Shown here in pieces: positions 45,658-58,108 of a stretch of DNA of 64,000 nt. The notes below the pieces were generated by a model that saw nothing but the letters and a program-made list of their open reading frames with translations, made no database searches and was not told where the DNA came from. A program made the translations under genes and the position numbers. Source of the DNA: Syncephalis fuscata S228. Taxonomy: Eukaryota > Fungi > Zoopagomycota. The stretch covers positions 806,001-870,000 of the forward strand of contig JAHLTZ010000003.1 of NCBI GenBank assembly GCA_025786725.1. Reading direction: 5' to 3'. Position 1 is the first letter of the stretch; each line of letters opens with the position of its first letter.

Positions 45658-46030
45658 GGATATATGCATACTGGATAATGAATCTATGATGATGAGTATT
45701 TGATGATTGATATCACTCACCACCCATCATCATGTTCAATAAATTGAATTTCTAGTTCAAATGCGTGAATAATCAGCTGATTCATTTGACATCCAAATCA
45801 TAGTGTGAGGAAATTGATTACTAATACCACCCACCACCCAGTTCCATAGTCACTAGAATGAGTGTCAGCTCAATATGTGAATAATCAAATAATTGCATTT
45901 GGCCCCAAATCAAGTTATGATTACTGATTTGATCATTGATATTACTCACTTCCCAGCTCTATCTTCAATAGAACAAATTTCTAGTTCAGTTACGCGAACG
46001 TTATCAAGTTTAGTTATTTAACACCAAATC
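45658..46030. repeat. Third copy of the same arm (near-exact inverse of 45020-45106) followed by ~3 degenerate ~115-120-bp tandem units
   Basis: TATATGCATACTGGATAATGAATC...CATGTTCAATA; recurring CATTT-n-n-C-n-CCAAATCA-like motif near 45783, 45896 and 46015. Confidence 0.6.
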
Positions 46031-46426
46031 AAAATAACTTTTAATAAACTGCTTAATGACATTAACATAATAAATAATACAATTAACTAAAAAACATCAC
46101 TAATATTGCTAATAAACTAAATAGCGTGTCTATATCTCTTATTAAATATAGCTAGTGTGTATGATGATATTTGTAAATAGAAGCTATGGTTATTTAATTA
46201 GTAAAATAAATATTTGTTTAGATAATATTGACGTGATAACAACAAAGCTGCACTATGGCTTTGTCAGGCTGGTTGCTTGAAAGCAGATAATTAATTTAGT
46301 TTTTGTTTGCATGACTAATCTGGTTTGGATTCAAAATGTATAAAATAGGTGGAAAAATGAGGCCTAGTTTCATCTCCACATCCAAACCACGCTTTATCTT
46401 TATATCTAGCTACATAAGAGCTTTGT

Positions 46427-47662
46427 ATGCCTTCGGTAGCTTCATTGTTAACAACAACGTTTTCTCCATTTATTCTAGTAGCGATATTTGCTATTGCTTT
46501 CTACGCTTACCAAAACCAACTGAATTCAGATTTTTTCGCAACTATGAGTACTTCTGCTATTTCCGTTCTATTGCCAAGGTGGTTGCCAACCGAGAAATGG
46601 CCGAAGGTATGGGCGCTCGTGTTCGTCGCAGTGTCGGCACTGCTGAAGTACGTCGTCTTGACCCGTTTCTTCTCCTGGACCATTTCAGCATTAAGCCACC
46701 TGCTGGTTTCCCGGACCATCCTCACCGTGGCTTTGAGACTGTCACCTATGTACTCAAAGGTAAGTAGCAGCAAGATTGCAAATGACCATTACTTAGTGCG
46801 TATATATAGGTGCAATTGAGCATGAGGACTTTGCAGGTCATCGTGGCCGTATTGGTCCGGGGTAAGCTAAATAAAAAAGCAATGGCTATGTCATACTTAT
46901 ACGTATTTATAGTGATTTACAATGGATGACGGCTGGACGCGGTATTGTACATGCAGAAATGCCAGCAGTACAAGAAGAATCTTCTGGCCTTCAGCTGTGG
47001 ATCAATTTACCAGCTGACCAGAAAATGTGCGAGCCTGCCTATCAAGAAATGCTGGAAAAGGAAGTACCGCGTGCTGCACCACTAGGTAAAGATGGTGGCG
47101 CCGAAGTGAAGGTGATTGCTGGTGAACAGTTTGGTGTTCACAGCGTAGTACGTACTCGCACCCCCATTCTCTATGTCGATGTCAAGCTAGAGGCTGGAAA
47201 AGAGTTGGAACACGTAAGTGGCCGGCATTTGACATGTCACCGAAAATACATAACTAACATTATTCCATCTATACAGACCATTCCAGCATCGTATAACGGC
47301 CTTATCTACATATTGGAAGGTGATGGCGAGTTTGGCAGTGAGAAGACCAAGGCTACACCTTATCATACACTGATACTTAGCCACGATGGCGATCGTATGG
47401 CTGTTAAGGCTTCCAACGACACGCCACTCCATTACCTACTCATTGCCGGTGAACCGCTTAATGTAAGTGATTATTTAACATGCTAAAAGAGCAGTTTTAG
47501 CTAATAGTGCAACGATCTTTATAGGAACCGGTGGTGCAACATGGTCCATTTGTCATGTCAGATGAAGAAGGCATCACCAACACAATGATGGACTATCAGA
47601 CAGGTAGCAATGGATTTGAACGTGCTCGCAAATGGCGCTCAGAAATTGGCGGTCGCCATTAA
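46427..47662 (+). CDS. Pirin (cupin, quercetin 2,3-dioxygenase-like), 4 introns, frameshift near 46560
   Basis: EGMGARVRRSVG, LDPFLLLDHF, FPDHPHRGFETVTY, WMTAGRGIVHAEMP, GLQLWINLP, GEPLNEPVVQHGPFVM. Confidence 0.93.
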
Positions 47663-47927
47663 ACAGATAGTATAGCAATGTATAGACATTTAAACAATAA
47701 AGTAGTGCTAACTTTTACAATTATTATACTTGTATGATGTGCAAACTAATGTAACTGTGATTCATTTTATTATTATACTTTTGCTGCATTGTTCAGATAA
47801 ATTATTATACACGCTAACTAACTAAACAATAAACTAAAGCAATTATTACGATTATGAATATCAAACCATTTAAAGATTTTGAATCGTTAAAGTTTATCAC
47901 ATAAATGTAGTCTCATGCACTAATGAC

Positions 47928-49736
47928 TTATTGTCCAGTGCGAACTTGACGTATATTTGCCGTTCCGACTATCGGCAAACGGTCTTCTTGTTCGGCACTG
48001 GGCCAACGAATGCCAAGTGCCAATAGGAATAGAAAGGCGCGTGCCATATAAATTGTATCGGATGTAACATCGGCAATGATGATCAAGGTGGGAGTTAGCG
48101 AGTGCTGGTTTGCAAAAAGAGCAATGATCCATACTGCAAACAGTATATACGTGAGACATGCTAGTGCAGTAAACACAGCCAACTAGTAGAAGATTCAAAT
48201 GATTAGAGTAGAGCTGTGCATCGAAGTGTATTACTTACATTTATAAAATGAGTACGGCCCTCTGTATGCTTTCTTAAATCAAGCGCAGTCATGCCAAACC
48301 AGATTGCTATTATTTATAACAGTGTTTAGAGTTGTTTAACTATGAAGTGTAATACACTTACCAAATCCTCCAAGAATAATGACATCCATTAAAAGCATGG
48401 CTTTTGTAGCATTTACCAATGTTGTCAATGAATCAGTCAATGCCTTATTGTTGGTGTAGAGCTCTACATGATACATAAATGCTCTACAGACAAGCAATGC
48501 AACATTCATAAAAAGATCCAATGCTATGACGATGCGAAGAAATATGCCTAATCGTCGTGAAACTATGTGTTTACCAACATTCAGCCTAAAATCAAATTTA
48601 TATTAGATTTGAATATGATTATGCTGTGTCTACTTACCAGTGCCAAATAATTACATTAAACGGTATTTTGGAAAGAAAGTTGCAAATGTCAGTTTGATAC
48701 ATGAACAAATCCACCAAACTTGGTAAATGTATAAGAAAGGCTATAAAACCAATGATCATATTAGTGTAAAATATACGGCATGTTTGTGCTACTTACTAAT
48801 ACAATATACAATGGCGATAACAAATGCCACTAAAAGAGCATCGATAGTTAGCTGTTTTAATTCTGCAAGTATTGCTGCACGAGCACATGCATAAAGTAAA
48901 GCGGCCAATATCTATTTCAAAATAAGCATTGTATTTAGACAAGAGTACTTACGTACTATAACAAAGTAGGCCCACTTGTAAATGCTATAGCCAATTGATA
49001 AAATATCTTATTCCAAGGACCAGTCTCTATTATTCGTTCAATTATTAATCATATTCATGTCGAATTTTACACTCAATTACCTTGTTCAGCAGTATAACGG
49101 AAGATATGATAGTCACCAGTATCATCCATGTAGGTGATTGTATCGTTTCGAATGTAAAGTGATGTCACCTTTATTGGCGAAAATCGGAGTACATCATCAA
49201 AGATAGGATTCACATTATAGGCGATAGATTCGTCGTTCCACGTAATTATTCTTCCATCGCCATCCAACAGAATTAAAAGCTCAACGCCTGGAAAGTTAAC
49301 TTGCTTTAATTGGTTTGACAGACTATTGATTGCAGTATTTACCTAAAGCAAATTAGACAAACTATACTGTAAATAACCGACTTACTTGTTGTTTATTGGT
49401 ACATCCAGCTTCTTCAAAGTCATTGTAATTTATAGCTACGGCAAAGTTAGGATAAGCCAATGCCATTTTTGATAGCTTTTGAATGTATGGATCAAGGTTA
49501 TTAATTGATTCAATTTTGCATTTTTCTGTAGAGTTGGTATTTTGAAAACGCCAAAAAAGCGCGATGCCTTGATAGCGATAATACGGTGTTCGGTAAAGAA
49601 AGTAGTCCGACGTTGAATACAACGTCATATTACCATTCCAGTCAAATATAGTAATTTTTGCATCGGTTAAAGCTGCTCGGGTTAGCCACCAAAGAAATAT
49701 AAACACTAGTATACGATTAATTTTGAAAAAATACAT
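47928..49736 (-). CDS. Signal peptide + extracellular domain + multi-pass (about 6-7 TM) membrane protein of a lineage-expanded type, ~7 introns
   Basis: MYFFKINRILVFIFLWWLTRAALT signal; Cys-containing luminal region; successive hydrophobic exons such as FFRIVIALDLFMNVALLV, AMLLMDVIILGGF, AVFTALACLTYILFAVWIIALF, ARAFLFLLALGI. Confidence 0.65.
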
Positions 49737-50450
49737 TTTGGAAAGTAAGCGAATAATACAGATGGGACAAGACTGCTTGGACATTGGTGCCATACGACGC
49801 ATTTAAGCCAGTGCGTGCCTTTGATATCGCATGTAAATAACCGGTTTATTATTCACTATTCGGACCAGATGTAACCTTTGTGGAATATGTACGCAATACG
49901 TAATAGTATTGTGACTAGTTTCTGGTTCTGGCTAAATTATCAACGATAGCTTGCCATTACAGATAGTATCCAATACATTATAGACTTATTGATGCAAATT
50001 CAAAAATACTTACCGCATGAAAGACACACGCTAACAACATTCTACGTGTTGTACACATGCAACTCAAGTCAAGAAATTGCATGAAAGTGTCACGCGTTCA
50101 AGTAAGGCTTGGTTTTACACTAACCAAAATAGATCACCACGCATTTTATTTGACCATAAAGTGTGTTCGTGTAGCTGTTGAATTGTAGCATATACTTTTT
50201 ATCTATTTGATTTCTTTGGAACATTTGAGGTTGATCATTGTTATTGTTAATCATGTGTAGAAATATTGAATATTAATAGAAGCCATATGATCACGATTCT
50301 ATATCATTCCGTAGCCGTTGTTGTTGCGTTAATATACACCTGCTGTGTACCATTTCATTTTTAACTTTTAACTTTGATACCTGTTAATTGAGTTAAATAG
50401 ACTGCATTATCATATAAAATATTGTGTGTTATTTAGTATTATTATACAAT

Positions 50451-51610
50451 TTAATAACATCCAATCTATTGAACATGATGATGGATGGTGAATGACATTA
50501 AATATCAAATTATAATGCTTTGAATACTTTACAGCAACAATAAAACCAATTATTTATTAACATATGCATTAGCATATAGCTTGTGTGCCATCAAAGCTGC
50601 TGTATACTTTGGTTTGCTTAGATTGCTAACATAGTCATTGCGCTGACTGCTGTAAATGACGGACGTGGCGGCTAAATGCTGTAAAAGCTGTTGTATGCTT
50701 TGATATGTCTAGATCTTCACTGCAGATCGTTTTAAAAGCAGTAGTAGATCGCACTTTTAGTACAGCTACTAAACAAGTCATCGGTGTCATACAGTGCAAT
50801 CTACTACACTTACTATTGTGTATGCTGTTGCCAGTATGATCTATAGTGGCGATCTATAGCAATCCAAAGCATACAGTAGCCTTAGTAAAATATGATCACC
50901 ACAGTCATCGTGCTGGCAGTTGTGCATGTATGACGGTAGCAATATTACTAACAAAACAAGCACGCAACGAGATCTTCACAAAATATGCTCAACATAGCAT
51001 ACAAACAAGCTGGAAATGCACTTACCGTGTCAATAAAGGCACCAGCAGTAATGATCGGAGTAATGAAAGTGAATTGTAAAAAAGGTTAGATTATAAAAGA
51101 GTAAGCAAGTAATAGTGTAAATAGTGTTTGTACATAATAGTAGTCAGTCAACTACTGACACTATTTAGATGGTATATATGGAGTGTACAAGTATATGCTA
51201 TGATATATGCTGTCAAGTGTAAAGAAAGAGAAAGGGAAATGTGATGACGTAGATTGTGAGCTGTGGCCTGTCAGTCAATATTTATAAACAGCCGAGTTTA
51301 ATTCATTGATAAATGGAGTGTAAATAATAAAAGTCAATCTACCCAACATGTCGGTACATCATAGAACAGATTAATAGTAAATGAATAAATGCATTGAGAA
51401 TAAAAGTCATTTTACCACCAAAACTACTCATTATCATAGAACATATATTCAGTATATTAAAAGATCAATTAAAAAATAAAAATCATTTACACCCAAAAAA
51501 CACTCATTATCATAGAATATGTCAGTATAATAGCAAATGTAGTAAAAGATTAATTATAATAAATGCCATTTGACCCCCCAAAACTAAGTTATTAGTATCG
51601 AACATGTTTA
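50451..51610. repeat. Degenerate repeat field, probable non-autonomous transposon remnant
   Basis: 50451-50510 is a copy of 45007-45066; imperfect inverted GCTnnTGTATnCTTTG copies near 50596 and 50687 versus 50865-50880; ~70-80-bp degenerate units containing CATCATAGAAC/TATCATAGAA at 51330-51600. Confidence 0.45.
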
Positions 51611-51990
51611 TTACTAGAATAAAGAATTATAACCATATTCTAAAAGATAGAGCAATAGACCAATAGTTCAAATGAATGAATGAATAACGCGATGTTAATG
51701 CTAGCAGAAACATGCACAGTATATTCAGTACAATTCTCAGTATCAAAAATTGATGGACGGTTTATTATTCAAAAATGAGTCATTGATCTTTTTGTCCCCA
51801 ATTTAAGCTAGGAGGCATAAAGTAGAATAGCTGTATCTATTTATTTATAAGATTATAATGGATAATGTGGTACTTTACAGTTTGAAAGTATGAAATAAAC
51901 GAAAATAACAATGCAATAATAATCGCGCGACAACAATTGGTATGCTTAATAGCGTAGCGCTATAGTAATGCTGATTAGATAGCTTATGCA

Positions 51991-54217
51991 TCATCGGACA
52001 CATGAGCGCAACACGCCAAATACGGACCGTAAGGAAGAACGTTGATCTACCAATGCTCTTGTTTCAGCTTCAAATTCTACCAGCGACAGTCTACCTTGGC
52101 GGAATGCCATTAATCGACCTGAACCGGCCAGTTTGTAGCCGGCATATGGATCATTTTCAAGATAAACTTGCCGCCAACCTGTGGCTGCATCCAGTAGTAG
52201 ACGCCAGTCATCGTCGACTAGCATGTAAAGCGAACCTACCACGGGACGAAACACGCCGATAGATGGCTTATCGTGATGGAAATGATATCGAATACTGCCA
52301 TCATTCAAATCAATAATCATTAATTCACCTATTTGTCGCCAAGCCAATAAATCTGGTCCAGTGTCTTGGCATTGGCTGGTAATTAGTCTATTGCTACTGC
52401 TACTCATACTGTAGCTATGAGTAGCATTAACGCTAGTACCAATGCCATTAAGATGCGTCGTTGAATTGGTAGTAAAAATAGAACCGGATAACGAAGCGTA
52501 GGATGTGTTAATTTCAGACACTAGATTAAGCGTGCTTGTATTAATGGTAGGAGATAGACTGCCGGTATTCGACGACGGTTCCATACTATGGCTTCTAATC
52601 AGTGTTGCCGCATCAGGCCTTACAGAACGTGGATAGCCTCGTTCAAATAGTAAACGATTATTCTCCCAATGATGCACAGCAAGCCAGGTACTAAAACAGC
52701 CAGTTATAGGATCACGTCGCGCACCAGTTAATAGAACGCGACTATCACTGATACGTATGGTTGATTTAAGGTACACCTCCTGTTCATAAATACGGCAAAC
52801 ACTTGAGTGCAAAACAATGGCTTTACCGGATCGTAAACACACTAATGACCACCGCAATTGATTCCTTTCCAACGTGTTGCAGCAGTAGATTAGTGGTGCA
52901 TTATATTTTAGTTCGTTGCGTTTAATATGTGGGTTATTTAGCGCATTGGCTATTGTGGCACTTGTACAATGGAAATGCCCAACGTCGGGTGGCAAATACA
53001 TCATGCGAGGCGGACAGCCGCCATAATTATCTATTTCTTGCTCATCAAACTCGTGTAAATCATCGCTGTTATCATTATTAGCATCTTCTTCCTGCATTCG
53101 ATCGACAGAAGTTCTAATAAAGTTAATGGCTGGTCGTTATCGGGTATTGCTTCCAATCGATGCGATGTACATGTATTTTCGCTGGTTAATTCACATAAAA
53201 AGTCGATATCTTTCTGTAAATGATCGTCAAATCGTCGGAAAATAAGCCATCGATTTAAAAGATGCAATATATATCCAGTGCGTCGTTGGAATACTAGTCG
53301 GCGAGTTAGACGGCGATCAGAAAGACGCCATACAATAATGGCACAAGGTGCTGCTGGCCGTTCTGTAGCAATAGGTATACGAATTGCTACATGTGTATCT
53401 GACAGAATGGCCATATCAGCAGCACCTAATTGTTGGACTGGATCATTTGATCCGTCAGTAGGTAATAGCCAATCAAGTGCATAAGCAATGGGTGGATCAG
53501 ATGTAGGTGTATCTAATAATCCTATACCCATAGTCAAATGACCTTCTGATAGGTCGGTATATTTGTTTAAATTAAATTTTGGCATTGAAATAAGATATAA
53601 TTTGGTAGATACGCCAGTTGGTGAAGCGACCAATGCCCAGTGATCATTAGCTGTAAGAATTCGTAGCTGTTTGGGTAATTTGTCACCGGATGCAGTTAAA
53701 GGTCGTACACGCCAAAAGGATGATTGGTCCTTTTTCCAGTTGCGTACCAGCCTGGATCGGGATGCATAGGCACCAAACCAACTTGTGTGTCCATTAGGTG
53801 GCTGTAAGTCGACTTTACAACCACAGACGCCATTATCGGCTGCGTCATGCCATGGATGTCGTTTTGACCACTGTTGATTCGTGCATGAGCAAGTTGCATA
53901 CGACAGTGAACCTGGTCACATTTGGTAAAAACGATACGCACACCGTCTTCGTCGCTTGGCTGGTGGAATCGTCTTTCGTATAAGTGTCGCCATAAGCATT
54001 CATTTCCAATTATAGAAGTATATAGTCGCCGGCAAGTAAATGCTATTCGCAGCGCTGTCTGTTCATCACAATAAAACCCAAGCACGTTTTGTAACACTTC
54101 GGGTGGTAGCCGTGCTAAACGAGAGCGATCAGCTAGCGGTTTACGCTCCATCTCTTCGTCAAGCAGATCATGACTGCCATCGATCAGCCAATTTAGCATG
54201 CAAGTAGCGGAAGACAT
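51991..54217 (-). CDS. Intronless F-box protein (three ORFs joined across two 1-nt frameshifts near 53815 and 53103)
   Basis: LARLPPEVLQNVLGFYCDEQTALRIAFTCRRL...LWRHLYERRF; corrected frame continues SWFGAYASRSRLVRNW, comparable to RHRSRLEKRW in the first F-box gene. Confidence 0.8.
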
Positions 54218-54249
54218 AATAGAAATAGTTACAGCTACTACTCTGTTAC

Positions 54250-55093
54250 TTTTCTATAGAAAAGACAAATTATAAAACAATCCTGAAATCAAAGTATTCA
54301 ATACACTATAAAAAACGAAATGTAAACCTTTTGGCAGTTTAATAATATCTGCTGGTATTGAACAAACAAAGATGCAATAAACGTGAATAGCAGGTGTAAT
54401 AGTGTGGCGATAGCAGTGGTAATGGTGGGCTGATGAGTGATGGCGAGAAAGAAACAGCATGCATAAACATACTGTAGCGCTGTTTCGCTAAGGTATCACA
54501 TGGTTAGTCACACTGTAGCCAGTGATGTGCATGTCTATAGGTCAATCCAGCCATTAAACCACCTTTTGTGTGGCATGTTAAAATAAATTGTAATTGTGTT
54601 GTATAATTATAGCAAATGTAAGCGCCATTTACTTGCAATTATAATTATTTAATAACGGTATATTTATGAATAATAAGTGTTTATAAGTACACGCTATATT
54701 AATCTATACTTTTATTATAAACTGCATGACAATTTTAGAATGATCGCTGAGAATAATGGCAGCTTTAAATAAATGTACTTTTATTATACGTATAATAATC
54801 AATAAAATATTTACCAATCTAAATATACCAACTATTAGCCACAGGCATAAAAGAGGTGAACAGCCGTAGATTAATTACAAAGTATAATTATAATTATCAA
54901 TTTGTATCAGCAATATACCAAATATATTAAATACATCGATTTGGTAAGTCCGGTATGGCATTCTTTTATTGATCATTCATACAGCAAACATACAGATTAT
55001 TACTACCCCAATAACAAAAATAAAATAAAAAGATGGTATGACCAATACAATAAACAAAGTTATGTCGACACTTTACATAGAATACAACATACA
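54250..55093 (-). repeat. Third, partly diverged copy of the inverted-repeat block, forming the upstream region of the F-box gene
   Basis: 54320-54878 near-identical to 56680-57238 and to the inverse of ~43286-43843; flanks align only loosely. Confidence 0.85.
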
Positions 55094-56348
55094 TACCATA
55101 AATTCAATGCTGTTATATAAGCAATTCTAGTATTACAGTTGTGCCGCTGTGCATTGTTTTGGTGCATAGTAGCTATGCTCTGTCTAGTGCCGTTGTCCTT
55201 TTGATGCTAGCTTTGCCCATTGCAAATTTTATTTTTGCTACTTATTTTAGCTAGTTTATATTAATACTAAGCAATATATACCATAAATTCAATGCTGTTA
55301 TATAAGCAATTCTAGTATTACGGTTGTGCCGCTGTGCATTGTTTTGGTGCATAGTAGCTATGCTCTGTCTAGTGCCGTTGTCCTTTTGATGCTAGCTTTG
55401 TCCATTGCAAATTTTATTTTTGCTACTTATTTTAGCTAGTTTATATTAATACTAAGCAATATGTACCATAAATTCAATGCTGTTATATAAGCAATTCTAG
55501 TATTACAGTTGTGCCGCTGTGCAGTGTTTTGGTGCATAGTAGCTATGCTCTGTCTAGTGCCGTTGTCCTTTTGATGCTAGCTTTGTCCATTGCAAATTTT
55601 ATTTTTGCTACTTATTTTAGCTAGTTTATATTAATACTAAGCAATATGTACCATAAATTCAATGCTGTTATATAAGCAATTCTAGTATTACAGTTGTGCC
55701 GCTGTGCAGTGTTTTAGTGCATAGTAGCTATGCTCTGTCTAGTGCCGTTGTCCTTTTGATGCTAGCTTTGTCCATTGCAAATTTTATTTTTGCTACTTAT
55801 TTTAGCTAGTTTATATTAATACTAAGCAATATGTACCATAAATTCAATGCTGTTATATAAGCAATTCTAGTATTACAGTTGTGCCGCTGTGCAGTGTTTT
55901 GGTGCATAGTAGCTATGCTCTGTCTAGTGCCGTTGTCCTTTTGATGCTAGCTTTGTCCATTGCAAATTTTATTTTTGCTACTTATTTAGCTAGTTTATAT
56001 TAATACTAAGCAATATGTACCATAAATTCAATGCTGTTATATAAGCAATTCTAGTATTACAGTTGTGCCGCTGTGCAGTGTTTTAGTGCATAGTAGCTAT
56101 GCTCTGTCTAGTGCCGTTGTCCTTTTGATGCTAGCTTTGTCCATTGCAAATTTTATTTTTGCTACTTGTTTTAGCTAGTTTATATTAATACTAAGCAATA
56201 TGTACCATAAATTCAATGCTGTTATATAAGCAATTCTAGTATTACAGTTGTGCCGCTGTGCAGTGTTTTAGTGCATAGTAGCTATGCTCTGTCTAGTGCC
56301 GTTGTCCTTTTGATGCTAGCTTTGTCCATTGCAAATTTTATTTTTGCT
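55094..56348. repeat. 185-bp tandem array, ~6.8 near-identical units
   Basis: TACCATAAATTCAATGCTG at 55094, 55279, 55464, 55649, 55834, 56018, 56203. Confidence 0.97.
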
Positions 56349-57631
56349 TTTTCCATTTATTAATTGTAAAAAGACAATTGTAAATGTTAAATGAAATAGT
56401 TATAAATTAATGTTTATTGAATTGTAGACTGTTACAGTTATTTTATAGTTAAAATGTAAATAAAGTATTACTATCAAGCATGTTGTCATTGGTAATTTAA
56501 TAAATAAATAAAAAATTAGTTCAAAGTCTTAATTAATGTATGAAACTGTAATTAATAAGTTTATATTTTATGATAGGCTAGAAAAGGCGAAATCAAAGTA
56601 CTGCAGGTAATGCTACCTTGTTTCTAATAAAAACAATCTTGGCATCAATTGAAGCTATTCAATATGTTATAAAGACGGAATGTAAACCTTTTGGCAGTTT
56701 AATAATATCTGCTGGTACTGAACAAACAAAGATGCAATAAACATGAATAGCAGGTGTAATAGTGTGGCGATAGCAGTGGTAATGGTGGGCTGATGAGTGA
56801 TGGCGAGAAAGAAACAGCATGCATAAACATACTGTAGCACTGTTTCGCTAAGGTATCACATGGTTAGTCACACTGTAGCCAGTGATGTGCATGTCTATAG
56901 GTCAATCCAGCCATTAAACCACCTTTTGTGTGGCATGTTAAAATAAATTGTAATTGTGTTGTATAATTATAGCAAATGTAAGCGCCATTTACTTGCAATT
57001 ATAATTATTTAATAACGGTATATTTATGAATAATGAGTGTTTATAAGTACACGCTATATTAATCTATACTTTTATTATAAACTGCATGACAATTTTAGAA
57101 TGATCGCTGAGAATAATGGCAGCTTTAAATAAATGTACTTTTATTATACGTATAATAATCAATAAAATATTTACCAATCTAAATATACCAACTATTAGCC
57201 ACAGGCATAAAAGAGGTGAACAGCCGTAGATTAATTACCAAATATATCCTAATTGAAATCCCTAATTTGCATCAGCAATATACCAAATATATTAAATACA
57301 TCGATTTGGTAAGTCCGACATGACATTCTCCCACCAACTGTCCATACAGCGAACATGTCAGTGACAGCATTGTTACATCTATAACGAAAAACAAACAGCA
57401 AGAAATGGCATGGTCAATGCTGTAAACAAAAGCCACGTGTTGGCAATCTACATGTGATGCAACTTACATGAGTTCACGGGTTCACAAAGTAGTAACTGTA
57501 TACTAATAAACCGCAACAGCCAAGCAATTAAGAAAGCGCCTTTTTAGTTGGGCAATGTATCAAAAGATCTATTCAAGTAAAGACAATTTTTTTTATTATC
57601 CGCAATTATAAAACTAGAAAGTCCCTTGACA
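55094..57631 (-). repeat. Right arm of long inverted repeat (includes the larger 185-bp array)
   Basis: Ends CTAGAAAGTCCCTTGACA at 57631, the reverse complement of the left-arm start. Confidence 0.92.
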
Positions 57632-58021
57632 ATAATATGACGAAAATATAAAAATGTGTACATACAAATAACTAAATAATCATATTTAACGCAATTACGT
57701 TATTTGTGCAAGTGGTGTCAACTAGCTCAACTGATCAGCTGTATATACTAACAATATTTTTTAATCTTATGTATACACATCTGAGTATCAAGCCTAAACA
57801 TTTAATACTTTTGCTAATATTTTTTTACTTTATTGCTTTTATATATTTATTAATCAAATATTTACACATTAAATAAGTGAATTAACTTACGCACAAAAAA
57901 ACTGTATTGTTTTTACCAACTTTAACTACTTTGTTTTATTCAAATTGCTTTTTAATTGTTTTATTTTGTTTTAATTTATGCTAATTAATAGCAGTAATAA
58001 ATGTAAAAACAATACGATACC

Positions 58022-58108
58022 ATTATTATTTACCAAAGCTACCACCTCATAATTTATTACCATAAAAAGTAATAAATTATGAGGTGGTAGCTTTGGTAAA
58101 ATAATAAT
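58022..58108. repeat. Near-perfect hairpin/palindrome (32-bp perfect stem extendable to ~39 bp, 8-nt loop)
   Basis: TTTACCAAAGCTACCACCTCATAATTTATTAC-cataaaaa-GTAATAAATTATGAGGTGGTAGCTTTGGTAAA. Confidence 0.93.

Noticed and set aside
55094-56348. CRISPR, tRNA or 5S rRNA array interpretation of the tandem repeat
   Set aside because: Eukaryotic context, no unique spacers, no A/B boxes, cloverleaf or 5S similarity visible
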